Positions 7,954-17,486 of a stretch of DNA of 64,000 nucleotides are shown piece after piece (positions within the stretch are counted from its first letter, which is position 1; each line of letters opens with the position of its first letter). The stretch is from the NCBI GenBank assembly GCA_050633305.1, contig JBOEGF010000021.1, positions 1-64,000 of the forward strand, in the 5' to 3' direction. The notes beneath the pieces are model-generated. The model saw only the letters and a list, made by a program, of their open reading frames with translations. It made no database searches and was not told the DNA's origin. A program made the translations under genes and the position numbers. The DNA comes from Nannocystales bacterium (GTDB taxonomy: Bacteria > Myxococcota_A > Polyangia > Nannocystales > Nannocystaceae).

Positions 7954-9945
7954 TTAGCTGCGTTTACGTCGTCGCGCCAACGGAGCCACGCCCAAGCCCA
8001 GGAGCATCAACAAGAACGTTGCATCGGTCGAGGGGGTGGAGACAGAGCAACCGCCACCGCCACCGTTCGAGCCGGCAGTGTCGTCTGTATCGGTTTCGGA
8101 GTCGCTGTCCGAGCCCGCTGTGGTGGGGTCGACCGGGCCCGTCGTGCTGTCGGAGTCCGTGGTGGGTCCGTCGGTCGTGGAGCCGTCCCCCTGGCTGTCG
8201 CTGCCGCCAGAGCTGCTGCCGGCGTCGCAATCCGCGAGTCCTTCGTCGGCTTCGTCGTTGCAGTTGTTGTCGTTGCCGTCGCAGACCTCGGCGTTGCCGG
8301 GGAAGTTTTCGCCGTCGTCGTCGGCACAGTCGGTCCCGTCAGCCACGCGGCCTTCGGGGGCAATGCACGCAGCCTCTCCGGTCGCGGGGTCGCCGAAGCC
8401 GTCGCCGTCTTCGTCGAGGAAGAACTCGGTGGTGCATCCCTCGGTGACATCGATCGTCTGGTCACCGGTGACGTTTTCGATGTTGTCGACCTGGCCGGAG
8501 GGCCACGTGATGGTGACTGTGGCAGCGGTCTCGTCGGCGCCCAGACCGAAGTGCTCGATGAGGCTGTGGCTGATGCCGTAGCTCTCGCCGCCTCGAACCT
8601 CGCGAGTTTGAGTGCCCCACGACCCGGTGATCTGGATGACCGCACCGATGGCAGCAGCATTGCTCTCAACCCCGGTGAGGTGGACCTTGAGCCAATGGTT
8701 GTCGTTGCCCGGGTTGAGCAGCAGCAGGTCGGAGTTGCTGGAGGGGGCGTTGAAGCCGGAACCGAAGCCAGCCGAGATGTCGAGCGACCCGTCGTTGTTC
8801 AGGTCGCCGATGCCAAAGCTCTGCATGCGACTGCCCGCGGGCAGTGCCCCGTTGTCGGCGGTGAACGTCAGGTCACCGTTGTTCATCAGGAGCTGATGCG
8901 AGCCACCGCCCGATGAGATCAGCAGGTCCTGATATCCATCGTTGTCGAAGTCGGCGAAGTGGGTCTGAATGCCCGTGCCCACAGCATCGAGAGCGCCGCG
9001 GATGCCGGCCGCGTCGGCGATCGCGACGAAGTTGTTGTCGCCGTCGTTGGTGTAGAGGTCGCTCGCTGCATCCGTGGCCACGTAGTCGTGGTTGAGGATG
9101 AACGCATCGAGGTCCCCGTCGTTGTCGATGTCGGCGAAGTCGGACGCCCAGGTCTGACCGCGGGGGAGAAGTCCGCGAGCGTCGGCGACCTCGGAGTAGG
9201 AGCCGTCGCCGTTGTTCTCGAACAACAGGTTGAGGCGCTCGCCACTGTTGGCGTTGTTTACCCCTTGGCGGCACTTGGAGATGTACAGATCGACGTCCCC
9301 GTCGAGGTCGTAGTCGCTCCAGACGTTTCCGTAGTTGCCAGAGTTGTCGGAGGGAACCGTGGAGACGGGGTCGAGGGTCTCGTAGGTGTTGGAGAGGGCT
9401 CCGGTTCCGTCACCGTGGTAGACGAGGGACTTCGAGGTGTCGGCGCAGACGAAGAAGTCGAGGTCGCCGTCGTTGTTGATGTCGGCGAAGCTGGAGCACT
9501 GGACGAAGATTCCGGGCCCGGGAAGACTGGAGCGGGTGTAGTCGGTGCCGTCGTCGTTCGCGAGGTAGACCGCCTTGTCGTTGAAGGCGTCACCCGCGAA
9601 GATGTCGTTGTAGCCGTTGCCGTCGATGTCAGCGACGGCGATCGACCACGAGTTGAGCATCGTGTCGATCCGCTTGCTGATCGTGAACGAACCGTCCTCC
9701 TGCTGGTACTCGATCTCCAAGAAACGGGTGGCGTCGAGTCGAACGATGTCGTCGAGTCCATCCCCGTTCATATCGGCAACGGCCATCGGCGCGCCGCTGT
9801 GGGAGTCCTGGTTGTTCAGCTGTGCGCTCGAGTCCACGAACGGGTCCATCGCTTGGGCGCTGGTCGGTGCCAGGGCAACCAACGCCGCGCCGGCGAGGAC
9901 AGGAGGAACAACTTTGAGCCCAAGGATAGGTTTGATGGTGCGCAT
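7954..9945 (-). CDS. CRTAC1-like FG-GAP/ASPIC-UnbV protein with Cys-rich metal-binding motif and MYXO-CTERM
   Basis: Repeated D(I/F)(D/N)NDGxxD motifs; AIGA...HFGLG...ITWPSG (UnbV); DC...PGNAEVCDGNDNNC; C-terminal GGCS-hydrophobic-RRRKRS. Confidence 0.88.
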   Translation of the reverse strand: MRTIKPILGLKVVPPVLAGAALVALAPTSAQAMDPFVDSSAQLNNQDSHSGAPMAVADMNGDGLDDIVRLDATRFLEIEYQQEDGSFTISKRIDTMLNSWSIAVADIDGNGYNDIFAGDAFNDKAVYLANDDGTDYTRSSLPGPGIFVQCSSFADINNDGDLDFFVCADTSKSLVYHGDGTGALSNTYETLDPVSTVPSDNSGNYGNVWSDYDLDGDVDLYISKCRQGVNNANSGERLNLLFENNGDGSYSEVADARGLLPRGQTWASDFADIDNDGDLDAFILNHDYVATDAASDLYTNDGDNNFVAIADAAGIRGALDAVGTGIQTHFADFDNDGYQDLLISSGGGSHQLLMNNGDLTFTADNGALPAGSRMQSFGIGDLNNDGSLDISAGFGSGFNAPSSNSDLLLLNPGNDNHWLKVHLTGVESNAAAIGAVIQITGSWGTQTREVRGGESYGISHSLIEHFGLGADETAATVTITWPSGQVDNIENVTGDQTIDVTEGCTTEFFLDEDGDGFGDPATGEAACIAPEGRVADGTDCADDDGENFPGNAEVCDGNDNNCNDEADEGLADCDAGSSSGGSDSQGDGSTTDGPTTDSDSTTGPVDPTTAGSDSDSETDTDDTAGSNGGGGGCSVSTPSTDATFLLMLLGLGVAPLARRRKRS

Positions 9946-10075
9946 GATCTCCAACTCGACCGGGCCCAAACGTACCAGGCTTCGAGTGCAGAAGCAGGCG
10001 TGGAACGGCCGCTCTTTCGCACGCTGAATGTCTGAAGGATTTCGAATCCTCGGCCATTAACTCGGCGACGGAGGG

Positions 10076-11653
10076 TCAGCCCCACGCGTCGCGCCACGCG
10101 TTGCGGCCGCGGAGGGCTGGGAGCCCTTCACCATCGAGCAACGCGAGCGCCGCTGGGTATGCCCACGACGGATCGGACGCGATAGCGGCCATGGCCGCGC
10201 GCACGGCCTCGTTTTTTCGCGGCAAGAGCAGCGTGTCGTCGTCTGCGCCGCCTGTGCGTACCGGGCCTGAGCCCTCGCATAACGTGATCTGCGATGGAGC
10301 GCCTCGACCTTCGTTCAGCTGCGCGCGAAGTGCCTGTACGAGACGGTCTTCGTCCGAGGACAGCGCATCGTCGGGAACGGCGCGTGCGCCGAAGGGATGT
10401 CGCACCCTCGCGGCCATTCGGGCGACGGACTCACCCCAGTGATTGGCGGTTCCACGCGCAGAACGACCTCTCTCGCGAGGGTTGGGTGGGCGAAACCTGG
10501 AGTTGAGGACCTCGGTGAGCCCGCTGCGCTCCGTCGCATCGGCGATGAGGGTGAGCCGCTCTCCCAGTGCAAAATCTGCTGGATCTTGTGTGGGGTACAG
10601 CGCGGGGAGCGACTGCCCCTCGGATGCGTCGGACGTGGCGCGGCGTAGGTCGAGGAGACTCGCGAGGCGGGGCTCACCGCGATCGATCACCCGGAAGACC
10701 CTGACTTGGACGACCTTTTCGAGCTCGATACGGCGCCGGGCCGCGCTGAGCAGAAGTCGGGCGAAGCGAGTTCGCTGCTTGGCGTCCAGCGTTGGCGCTC
10801 GTGGCCCGAACGCGCATGCCAGCCGTACTGCACCAGCCACAATGTGGGCGATGTACGGCATTGTAGCCTCGCGGACCCGGGCGGCACTGAGATCGGTCGC
10901 TTCACTTCCCATCTCGATCGCGGCTTCGAACACGGGTGCGTCGGGAACGCTGACATGCCCGGTGATGATGCCGTGCTCGAGAATCCAGACGTGCGCGGTT
11001 TCCCCTTCATAAGGAAGACCGATTCGGCCGGGTGTGGGCGCACCGAGCGGGCCGTGCGCGAGGGTCTCGGACCAACTCGAAGGAACGGGTTCGCCGTCGA
11101 GTTGGATCCGGCCACCATCGAAGCGGGCAACACTTCGCAACCAGGTTCGGACCTGGCGGCGATCGAGCGCGGGGCTGTCGACCCGAACTGTGTTGCGACG
11201 GCGGCCGGTCGGTGGCTTTCGCTCGAGACTCGAGCGACGATCGTCGGCGCGAAGAATGAAATGTGCGTCGGGCGTCTCGACCTCGACCCGCAGCGTCTTC
11301 CTGGCGAGACCGCAGACCGCCAACAACGCGAGTCCACCCGCGTGCTCGAGCGCCGTGAGAGCAGCGTGCCGAGTCTCGTTGCTGGCCTCCGACTGCAGAA
11401 GCGAGGCGGTCGCTTGGAGCACGGTCGTGGAGATCGGGGCGCCGTCGTCGGTGACCTCGATCGAACCGCGCCGGGTACGAATCTCGACCGACGTCGCGCC
11501 ACCACGAAGCCCCCGGCGCGCGATCTCAGCGGGGATCTGCCAAGGTCCTTGCAGCTGAGCAGAAGAGAGCTTTCGAAGCTCGGAGCCGACATCGATCGTC
11601 AGCAGGGCGCCGAGGTCGATCGCATTCTTGCGGGCGGAAGGGTCCTCGGTCAC
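10076..11653 (-). CDS. HSP90/GHKL-like protein with degenerate ATP-binding motifs
   Basis: N-terminal GPWQIPAEIARRGLRGGATSVEI...VTDDGAP parallels the upstream gene's DPWIFVRELLQNSRDAGSTAVTF...CVDDGEG. Starts 4 bp after the upstream stop. Confidence 0.7.
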   Translation of the reverse strand: MTEDPSARKNAIDLGALLTIDVGSELRKLSSAQLQGPWQIPAEIARRGLRGGATSVEIRTRRGSIEVTDDGAPISTTVLQATASLLQSEASNETRHAALTALEHAGGLALLAVCGLARKTLRVEVETPDAHFILRADDRRSSLERKPPTGRRRNTVRVDSPALDRRQVRTWLRSVARFDGGRIQLDGEPVPSSWSETLAHGPLGAPTPGRIGLPYEGETAHVWILEHGIITGHVSVPDAPVFEAAIEMGSEATDLSAARVREATMPYIAHIVAGAVRLACAFGPRAPTLDAKQRTRFARLLLSAARRRIELEKVVQVRVFRVIDRGEPRLASLLDLRRATSDASEGQSLPALYPTQDPADFALGERLTLIADATERSGLTEVLNSRFRPPNPRERGRSARGTANHWGESVARMAARVRHPFGARAVPDDALSSDEDRLVQALRAQLNEGRGAPSQITLCEGSGPVRTGGADDDTLLLPRKNEAVRAAMAAIASDPSWAYPAALALLDGEGLPALRGRNAWRDAWG

Positions 11654-11657
11654 GGGG

Positions 11658-14609
11658 TCACGCTCGGGTGGAGGGGAAGGACTCGGCGAGCGCTTCTTTG
11701 GCGGCGCGACTGAGCAACGCTGCGCGACGTGGACGCTCGAGGTCGAGCCGATCGGCGAGTCGATCCAGCAGCATCAGCGCGCCTCGTTTGGGGCTGCGGG
11801 CGCTGACCGCAAGGGCGCTCTCGATGCCCGGCGCGGCAGGGTCGACGAGAACGATCCTGGAGCTGGGACAGTGCTTGAGCTTTGCCCCAAGTGCGCCGAG
11901 ATCGAGCACGGTGACCGCGGATGGCATCGCGGGGGCCAGGCTGACGCTCCAGTCTTCCCCGCGTCGAGCGAGCGTTGCGTTGACCGCTTTGGTCAGAGGC
12001 GACTGGGTCGCGCGATCGAGCCAGCCGGACCAACGGTCGAGGTCGATGGCGCCCAAGGAGTCCGCGACCGTGCTGCCCTCTGGGGTCGTGGCATCGAGCA
12101 CGACGGCTTTGGCGTCGACGGCCCGGCGCACCAGCGAAGGGCGTGCCGTGGTTGTGTACAGCCGTGATGCCGCCGCGAGCTCGCGCGCACGGTTGACGGA
12201 GATGGCCTTTCCGCCCACGCAAGGGACGATCGCGCGGGTAAACAGGGCGGACATCTGCGCGAATGCTCCGGGCTGCTGCAGCACGCCACGCAGAAGGCGG
12301 GAGAGGTCCGGAGTGTCGTCGAGCTTGACGGCGCGTGAGGTGCGGGCGCCGAGGATGGACCAGCCCGCGAGGACGAACAGAAGGAAGGGGACACCCCGCA
12401 CGATCCAGGGGAATCGAGCATCGAGGCTGGCCACGACATCGAGGAGGGTCTTCTCCCGTGCTGCCGCGGGCTCGTCGACCGCGGTCGCATCGCCGCTGAT
12501 CGGTGCGGCCGGAGGCTCCGCATCGCTCGATGCCGGTGCCGCGTCGGAGGGGAGCGCCGGAGTCGGAGCCGCGGCGGCGCGGGGCTCCGCGGCGGGGGAC
12601 GAGGGCAAGGTGGGAGGAACAGCGGCCGGGGCTCCGTCGCTCGCGTCGGCGATTCGCCAGGTCCCGGAGGTGTCCCGAAACTCGACCCAGGCGTGCAACC
12701 AAGGGTAGGTGGTTCCCGCGCTCCCGATGAAGCCGACCGCGAGTCGAGCTTCGACTCCGGCTGCGTGTAGAAGTCCGACGAGGACCCCGTTTTGGACATC
12801 GCAGTCGCCGGCCCCGATCGAGAGCGTGCGCGCGACGAACCCCGCGTCGAGGGCCTCGGTGTGCTGCTTCGAGACCTCGGCCGTGCGGTCGTAGCGAACG
12901 CGCTCGCGGACCTCTTCGAGCAGGATGGAGACCCGCTCCTCGATCATCTTTGGCTTGAGTGCCCGCGCCAAGTCTCGGAGTTCGTTGGGGAGGGCCAGCG
13001 GCGTGGATGGTGGAACGGCGGGACCAGGGTCTGGACCCGCGACGCTGCGGTAGCGGGCGAGCACCGGGACTGCGTCGCTCAGCACAGCCACGGGGTGCCC
13101 ATCGGCGGTCATGTGGAGGGACTGCCGCTCATCCCCAACGACCAAGGACTGCGACACCAGGCGGTGGCCGGTTGGAACGAGCAGCCGGACGGCGCCCGGT
13201 CCCTGCAGCAGTACCTCGATGTCGGTGCAGTTCCGGTCGCAGGTCAGGGCGCGGTAGGGTTGCACGCGGGTGAGGTCCGACTCCATCAGTGGAGAGCCGT
13301 CATCCGCAAGGGAGGAGGAGACCAATGAGGCGAAGTGCAGGCGCTTGTTCGCTGGCGCGTAGCGAAGCTGGATCGGTTCGGCGGCAGCCGGTTCGAGGAC
13401 GTCGACTCGGGGGCCTCGGTATCGCGCTGCGAGGTCTTGATAGGGTCGGGGGGCCGCGATCGCGGGACCCGCGGCGGGCTCGTTCGATTCGGGCTGTACG
13501 ATCGTCTCCGGACTGGTGCCTTGGGTTTGGCCCCACAGCACCCACCCGACCACCAGCGCTGCGACACCGCCAAGGGCCGAACCCAGCAAGGTGCGGAGCA
13601 TCAACGACTCGCGCAGGCGGTCGGCGAAAAAATCCCACATGCGTCGGGGCAGGGAGCGTGGGCGGACTTGGGCGAGCTGACGGTCGATCAGCCGCTCGAG
13701 TTCCTGCTGCGCGAGCTTCACGAGCCGGGTGAGCGCTCGGTTGTCGCGTGCGTCGGAGCGACTGAGCATGACCTGAAGCTCGTCGCTCTCGAGTAGCGCT
13801 TGCGGAGCGAGTCCTCCGGGAAGCTCGGGAAACTGGACCCGCATTCGAGCGGTGTGGCGTCCCGTCGGTGCGACGAGGTCGTCGAGTGACGCCGCGGCTC
13901 GGACTCGAAGTCCACGGGAGAAAAGCTCGACTCGGGGCGCTGGCCCGAGACCAACGACACCGCGGACCGAGCCTCGGCGGAACGACGAGCTGGGTGCCTC
14001 GAGGGCGAACTCGGCGTTGGCGCGTCGTCCGTTGACCGTGATCGGAAGCGGCGTGCGGCCGTTGTCCCGTCGGTGGAGATAGCGGGCCGCTTGCCACACG
14101 GCGTCGTAGACCCGGTGCTCGAGGCGACCGTCCCCGCCGCGGCGTTCGAGGGTGATCTCGGTCCCCGGCTGTGTGAGGCCGGAGACCCTCTCGGCGTTTT
14201 CGAGCGAGCCATCCAGACGCAGACCCCACGAACCGCCGGCCTTGGTGCAACACCGGATCGTGATGTGGGCGGGGTCGAAGCGCAGGATGGACCAGAACCC
14301 CACGCCGAACTTGCCGGCCTGATTGCTCGAGGTCTCTTTGCTGGAGGCGTAGAGCGCAAACAGGTAGCGCCGCGCATGTTCGAACGACATGCCTTCGCCG
14401 TCGTCGACACAGCGCACCCTTTCCCATCCGTCGCGCTCCTCGACCCGGAACGTCACCGCGGTGGAGCCGGCGTCTCGGGAGTTTTGCAGCAGCTCCCGGA
14501 CGAAGATCCAGGGGTCGGGTCCGTAGCGGTCGGCTTCTTGGCGGGCACGTTCGCGGAAGGCCGCGGAGCGCTGCGGAGAGCCTCCGACCGTCGAGCGAGG
14601 CGTCGACAC
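11658..14609 (-). CDS. GHKL (HSP90-like) ATPase fused to a transglutaminase-like domain between two TM helices
   Basis: ATPase motifs RELLQNSRDA, DDGEGM, GKFGVGF and GTEITL; TM1; GDCDV...G(V)EARL..G...HAWVE...W..AD triad; TM2; C-terminal domain. GTG 14609 is the likely start because further upstream the ORF overlaps another gene. Confidence 0.85.
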   Translation of the reverse strand: MSTPRSTVGGSPQRSAAFRERARQEADRYGPDPWIFVRELLQNSRDAGSTAVTFRVEERDGWERVRCVDDGEGMSFEHARRYLFALYASSKETSSNQAGKFGVGFWSILRFDPAHITIRCCTKAGGSWGLRLDGSLENAERVSGLTQPGTEITLERRGGDGRLEHRVYDAVWQAARYLHRRDNGRTPLPITVNGRRANAEFALEAPSSSFRRGSVRGVVGLGPAPRVELFSRGLRVRAAASLDDLVAPTGRHTARMRVQFPELPGGLAPQALLESDELQVMLSRSDARDNRALTRLVKLAQQELERLIDRQLAQVRPRSLPRRMWDFFADRLRESLMLRTLLGSALGGVAALVVGWVLWGQTQGTSPETIVQPESNEPAAGPAIAAPRPYQDLAARYRGPRVDVLEPAAAEPIQLRYAPANKRLHFASLVSSSLADDGSPLMESDLTRVQPYRALTCDRNCTDIEVLLQGPGAVRLLVPTGHRLVSQSLVVGDERQSLHMTADGHPVAVLSDAVPVLARYRSVAGPDPGPAVPPSTPLALPNELRDLARALKPKMIEERVSILLEEVRERVRYDRTAEVSKQHTEALDAGFVARTLSIGAGDCDVQNGVLVGLLHAAGVEARLAVGFIGSAGTTYPWLHAWVEFRDTSGTWRIADASDGAPAAVPPTLPSSPAAEPRAAAAPTPALPSDAAPASSDAEPPAAPISGDATAVDEPAAAREKTLLDVVASLDARFPWIVRGVPFLLFVLAGWSILGARTSRAVKLDDTPDLSRLLRGVLQQPGAFAQMSALFTRAIVPCVGGKAISVNRARELAAASRLYTTTARPSLVRRAVDAKAVVLDATTPEGSTVADSLGAIDLDRWSGWLDRATQSPLTKAVNATLARRGEDWSVSLAPAMPSAVTVLDLGALGAKLKHCPSSRIVLVDPAAPGIESALAVSARSPKRGALMLLDRLADRLDLERPRRAALLSRAAKEALAESFPSTRA

Positions 14610-14649
14610 CGCGCGTACTATAGCAGTTCTGCGCGGAGTGTCGGCGGGC

Positions 14650-15252
14650 TCACGTGTCGAGCGCATCACCCCAGCGCGCGGCGTACTCGATGCTTCGCCG
14701 TCGAGCATCGACGTGTACGACCTCGACCGTGCCCGGCACGTTCGCGATCTCGAGAAGGGCGGTGAATGTGCCGCACATACCCTCGAGGTACCCAAGGTCC
14801 GCCAGCAAGACCTCTGGGAGCCGTGAAATGACCAATTTGGCGGCGCAGGGCCGGGAGGTATGCGCGACCGAGCCCACGTTACGGTAGACCGCGCCCCAGC
14901 CGGGAGGGACGGCCCGGTACAGCGCGCCGGGCGACATGCCAAACACGCGAAACGCGGCGCGCCAGAGCGGTTCGAGGAGCGGCGTGCGCAGCGACCGAAG
15001 CATGGAGGTCCGGGCCCACTCCACGCGCTCACTGCGGCCGACGACGTTGTCGACCGCCGCCGCGAGTTCGAGGTCGAGCTGGAGGGGGAGCCAGCTGATT
15101 CGACCTGCGCGTTCGATGGATTGAACGACGCGGAGGTCGAGCTGACCGTGGACCTCATCCACGACTTTTGGCCCGAGGCGTTGGAGGTCTGCGAGGTTGC
15201 CCTGGATCACACTGGCCCGCATGAGCGGGATCCGGGGCAAGTCGGACGCCAC
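14650..15252 (-). CDS. Myxobacterial hypothetical protein (TIGR02265/DUF2378-like, V4R/HNOB-like)
   Basis: 200 aa with the SWLP...W..VYRN.G...G...ALL pattern typical of this paralog family, judged by eye. Confidence 0.55.
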   Translation of the reverse strand: MASDLPRIPLMRASVIQGNLADLQRLGPKVVDEVHGQLDLRVVQSIERAGRISWLPLQLDLELAAAVDNVVGRSERVEWARTSMLRSLRTPLLEPLWRAAFRVFGMSPGALYRAVPPGWGAVYRNVGSVAHTSRPCAAKLVISRLPEVLLADLGYLEGMCGTFTALLEIANVPGTVEVVHVDARRRSIEYAARWGDALDT

Positions 15253-15305
15253 GGTATGAATCTAGCAGAACGGCGTCATAGAGCTGCTATAAGCCGGGGC
15301 CTACC

Positions 15306-16052
15306 ATGGAACTGTCGAGTCTCAAGGTCATCGTTACCGGGGCAGCCCGAGGGATGGGAGCCCATTTTGCGACCCAACTCGCCGAGGCGGGTGCGAGTGT
15401 GACCGCAGCCGATGTTGATGAGGGGGGGCTCGCTTCTCTACCGCAAGGCATCCATCGGACGCGTTGCGATGTGAGCAACGAGGACGACTGTGAAGCCCTG
15501 GTGGCGTTCGCCCACGACGCGATGGGGGGCCTCAACGGGCTCATCAACAACGCCGGGATTCTTCGGGACCAGCTTGTCGTCAAGAAAGACCGGGAGACCG
15601 GCGCCATCAAGAAATTCAAGACCGAGGATTGGAACTCGGTTCTCGGGGTGAACTTGAGCGGGGCGTTCTTCATGGTCCGCGAGGTCGTGGCGAAGATGGT
15701 CGAGCAGGGAGACAAGCCTGGTGTCATCGTGAACATGTCTTCGGTGGCGCGGCACGGGAATCGTGGCCAGTCGAACTACGTCAGCGCGAAGGCTGCGTTG
15801 GCCGCGAACACCGTCACGTGGGCTCGCGAGTTCGCGAAGTACGGGGTACGGGTCGGTGCCATTGCGCCGGGCATGGTGGAGACCCCCATGACGCGGGGCA
15901 TGAAACAGTCCGCGCGTGATGCCTTGGTGGCGGCCATTCCTGTGGGTCGTATTGGGCTGCCCGATGACCTCTGGCTCGCGGTGAAGTTCATCATCGAGTG
16001 CGACTACTTCAATGGCCGAACCGTCGACGTTGACGGTGGATTGGTGATGTAA
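15306..16052 (+). CDS. SDR oxidoreductase (FabG-like)
   Basis: Motifs TGAARGMG, NNAG, catalytic YVSAK, IAPG and VDGG. Confidence 0.93.
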   Translation: MELSSLKVIVTGAARGMGAHFATQLAEAGASVTAADVDEGGLASLPQGIHRTRCDVSNEDDCEALVAFAHDAMGGLNGLINNAGILRDQLVVKKDRETGAIKKFKTEDWNSVLGVNLSGAFFMVREVVAKMVEQGDKPGVIVNMSSVARHGNRGQSNYVSAKAALAANTVTWAREFAKYGVRVGAIAPGMVETPMTRGMKQSARDALVAAIPVGRIGLPDDLWLAVKFIIECDYFNGRTVDVDGGLVM

Positions 16053-16054
16053 CG

Positions 16055-16609
16055 GTGCGTTGCTCTACTCTGATATTCGGGCTGCTGCTCGCCGTTGGTT
16101 GCGGTGGCGATGGTGGTGCCAAAGAAACCGAAGGTGCACCTCCGGGACCGCCGGACACCAGCGCTGGCACGACGACCGACACGCCGGGAACGACCACGCC
16201 GGGAACGACGGACGGGGAGCCGGGTGAGCCCTGCTGCGAAGCGGATGGCGACTCGATCACATGCTCACCCTGCTCGGACGATGCGCTGTCCTGCGCGGCG
16301 CGACGCGTCATCGGGGAGACGCCGACTGCCGATGCGTTCACATGCCAGACGACATGTGTTGCGGCGGGGACCGTGGGGCTGTGGTGCGCCGACGATTCGA
16401 GCTGTTGCGATGCGGAGGCGACCTGCGGCGACGAGGGCATCTGCCGGCTACCCGACGTCGGCACGACCTCCAGCGGCGGGTCCGATTCCGGAAGCAGTAG
16501 TTCCAGTAGTGGCACCGGGACCGATGGCGGCGAGAGCACCAGTTCGAGCAGCAGCTCGACCTCCGATACGGGCGACGCCACAACCGGTGGCGCGGGCGAC
16601 ATGGGCTGA
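16055..16609 (+). CDS. Cys-rich lipoprotein
   Basis: Lipobox LAVG-C, Cys-rich core and Ser/Thr/Gly tail. Confidence 0.7.
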   Translation: MRCSTLIFGLLLAVGCGGDGGAKETEGAPPGPPDTSAGTTTDTPGTTTPGTTDGEPGEPCCEADGDSITCSPCSDDALSCAARRVIGETPTADAFTCQTTCVAAGTVGLWCADDSSCCDAEATCGDEGICRLPDVGTTSSGGSDSGSSSSSSGTGTDGGESTSSSSSSTSDTGDATTGGAGDMG

Positions 16610-16625
16610 GTGCCCGTGGCCCTCG

Positions 16626-17486
16626 TCACGAATTGGGGTCTCGCTGATGGACGGCGACCCAGAGGCTCACATCGAGGCTTTCGGATCGTCGTTCGCTGAG
16701 GCGGAAGACCTCGGCGCTCGGGCGGTCGGCCTTGCGAATGGAGTCTGGCGGCTTCCAGGTCTGTGCAAAGTACGAGATCGAATGCCGGACAGACTCACCT
16801 GGTCCGTGGTGGGTGAAGATGGCGTAAAGCCCAGCGGGAAGGGAAGCGTTGACCAGCGCGTCGGGGCCGTCGGCGAGTTTCGCAGTTGAGGCGTCGACCC
16901 CCAAGAAGAAGGTGATGCGACCCCCAGGAAGCATGGCGCCGCCGAGACCTACGGCCTCGACACCCTCGCCAAATCGAGACGCGAGAGTGTCTTGTTGTCG
17001 TGTGAAGTCGTCGATGTTGCCAAGGTCGGCTTCCCCCCAGATGCCGACCAGCGGCCGAGGATCATGCTGCCAATGCAGGCGCGGTGTGGCCTCGAGGTTG
17101 TCGCGATGGCACAACTCGAGGACCGTGGCTGGCCCGACTTCGGCCAGGTTGTGTTCCGCTCCGTCTCGATAGGCGGCCGGCGATGCACCGATGTACTTGG
17201 TGAATGCGCGGGTGAACGCGGCCTGAGACCCGTACTGGCAACGCATCGCGATGCTCAACACCGGCTTGGTCGTCTCGCGGAGCATGCGTGCGGACTCGCT
17301 GATCCGGCGCGCTCGGATGTATGCCGCAACCGAGATCCCATAGACCTCGGTGAACAACCGTTGCAAGTGGAACGGTGAGCCCCCGACCGCGGACGCAACG
17401 TCGTTGACCGCGAGGGGCTCGAACAACCGCGCCTCGACGTAGAGGACGGCTCGGTGCACGCGGTGGATGCGAGAGTCGACGTTCAT
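16626..17486 (-). CDS. AraC-family regulator with GyrI-like effector domain
   Basis: SPFHLQRLF...YIRARRI...IAMRCQYGSQAAFTRAF...SPAAYR; C-terminal LPAGLYAIFTHHG. Confidence 0.92.
   Translation of the reverse strand: MNVDSRIHRVHRAVLYVEARLFEPLAVNDVASAVGGSPFHLQRLFTEVYGISVAAYIRARRISESARMLRETTKPVLSIAMRCQYGSQAAFTRAFTKYIGASPAAYRDGAEHNLAEVGPATVLELCHRDNLEATPRLHWQHDPRPLVGIWGEADLGNIDDFTRQQDTLASRFGEGVEAVGLGGAMLPGGRITFFLGVDASTAKLADGPDALVNASLPAGLYAIFTHHGPGESVRHSISYFAQTWKPPDSIRKADRPSAEVFRLSERRSESLDVSLWVAVHQRDPNS

Noticed and set aside
14610..15158. N-terminal extension of the 1166-aa ORF
   Set aside because: It overlaps the 14650-15252 gene in another frame and is low-complexity; the real start is near 14609.
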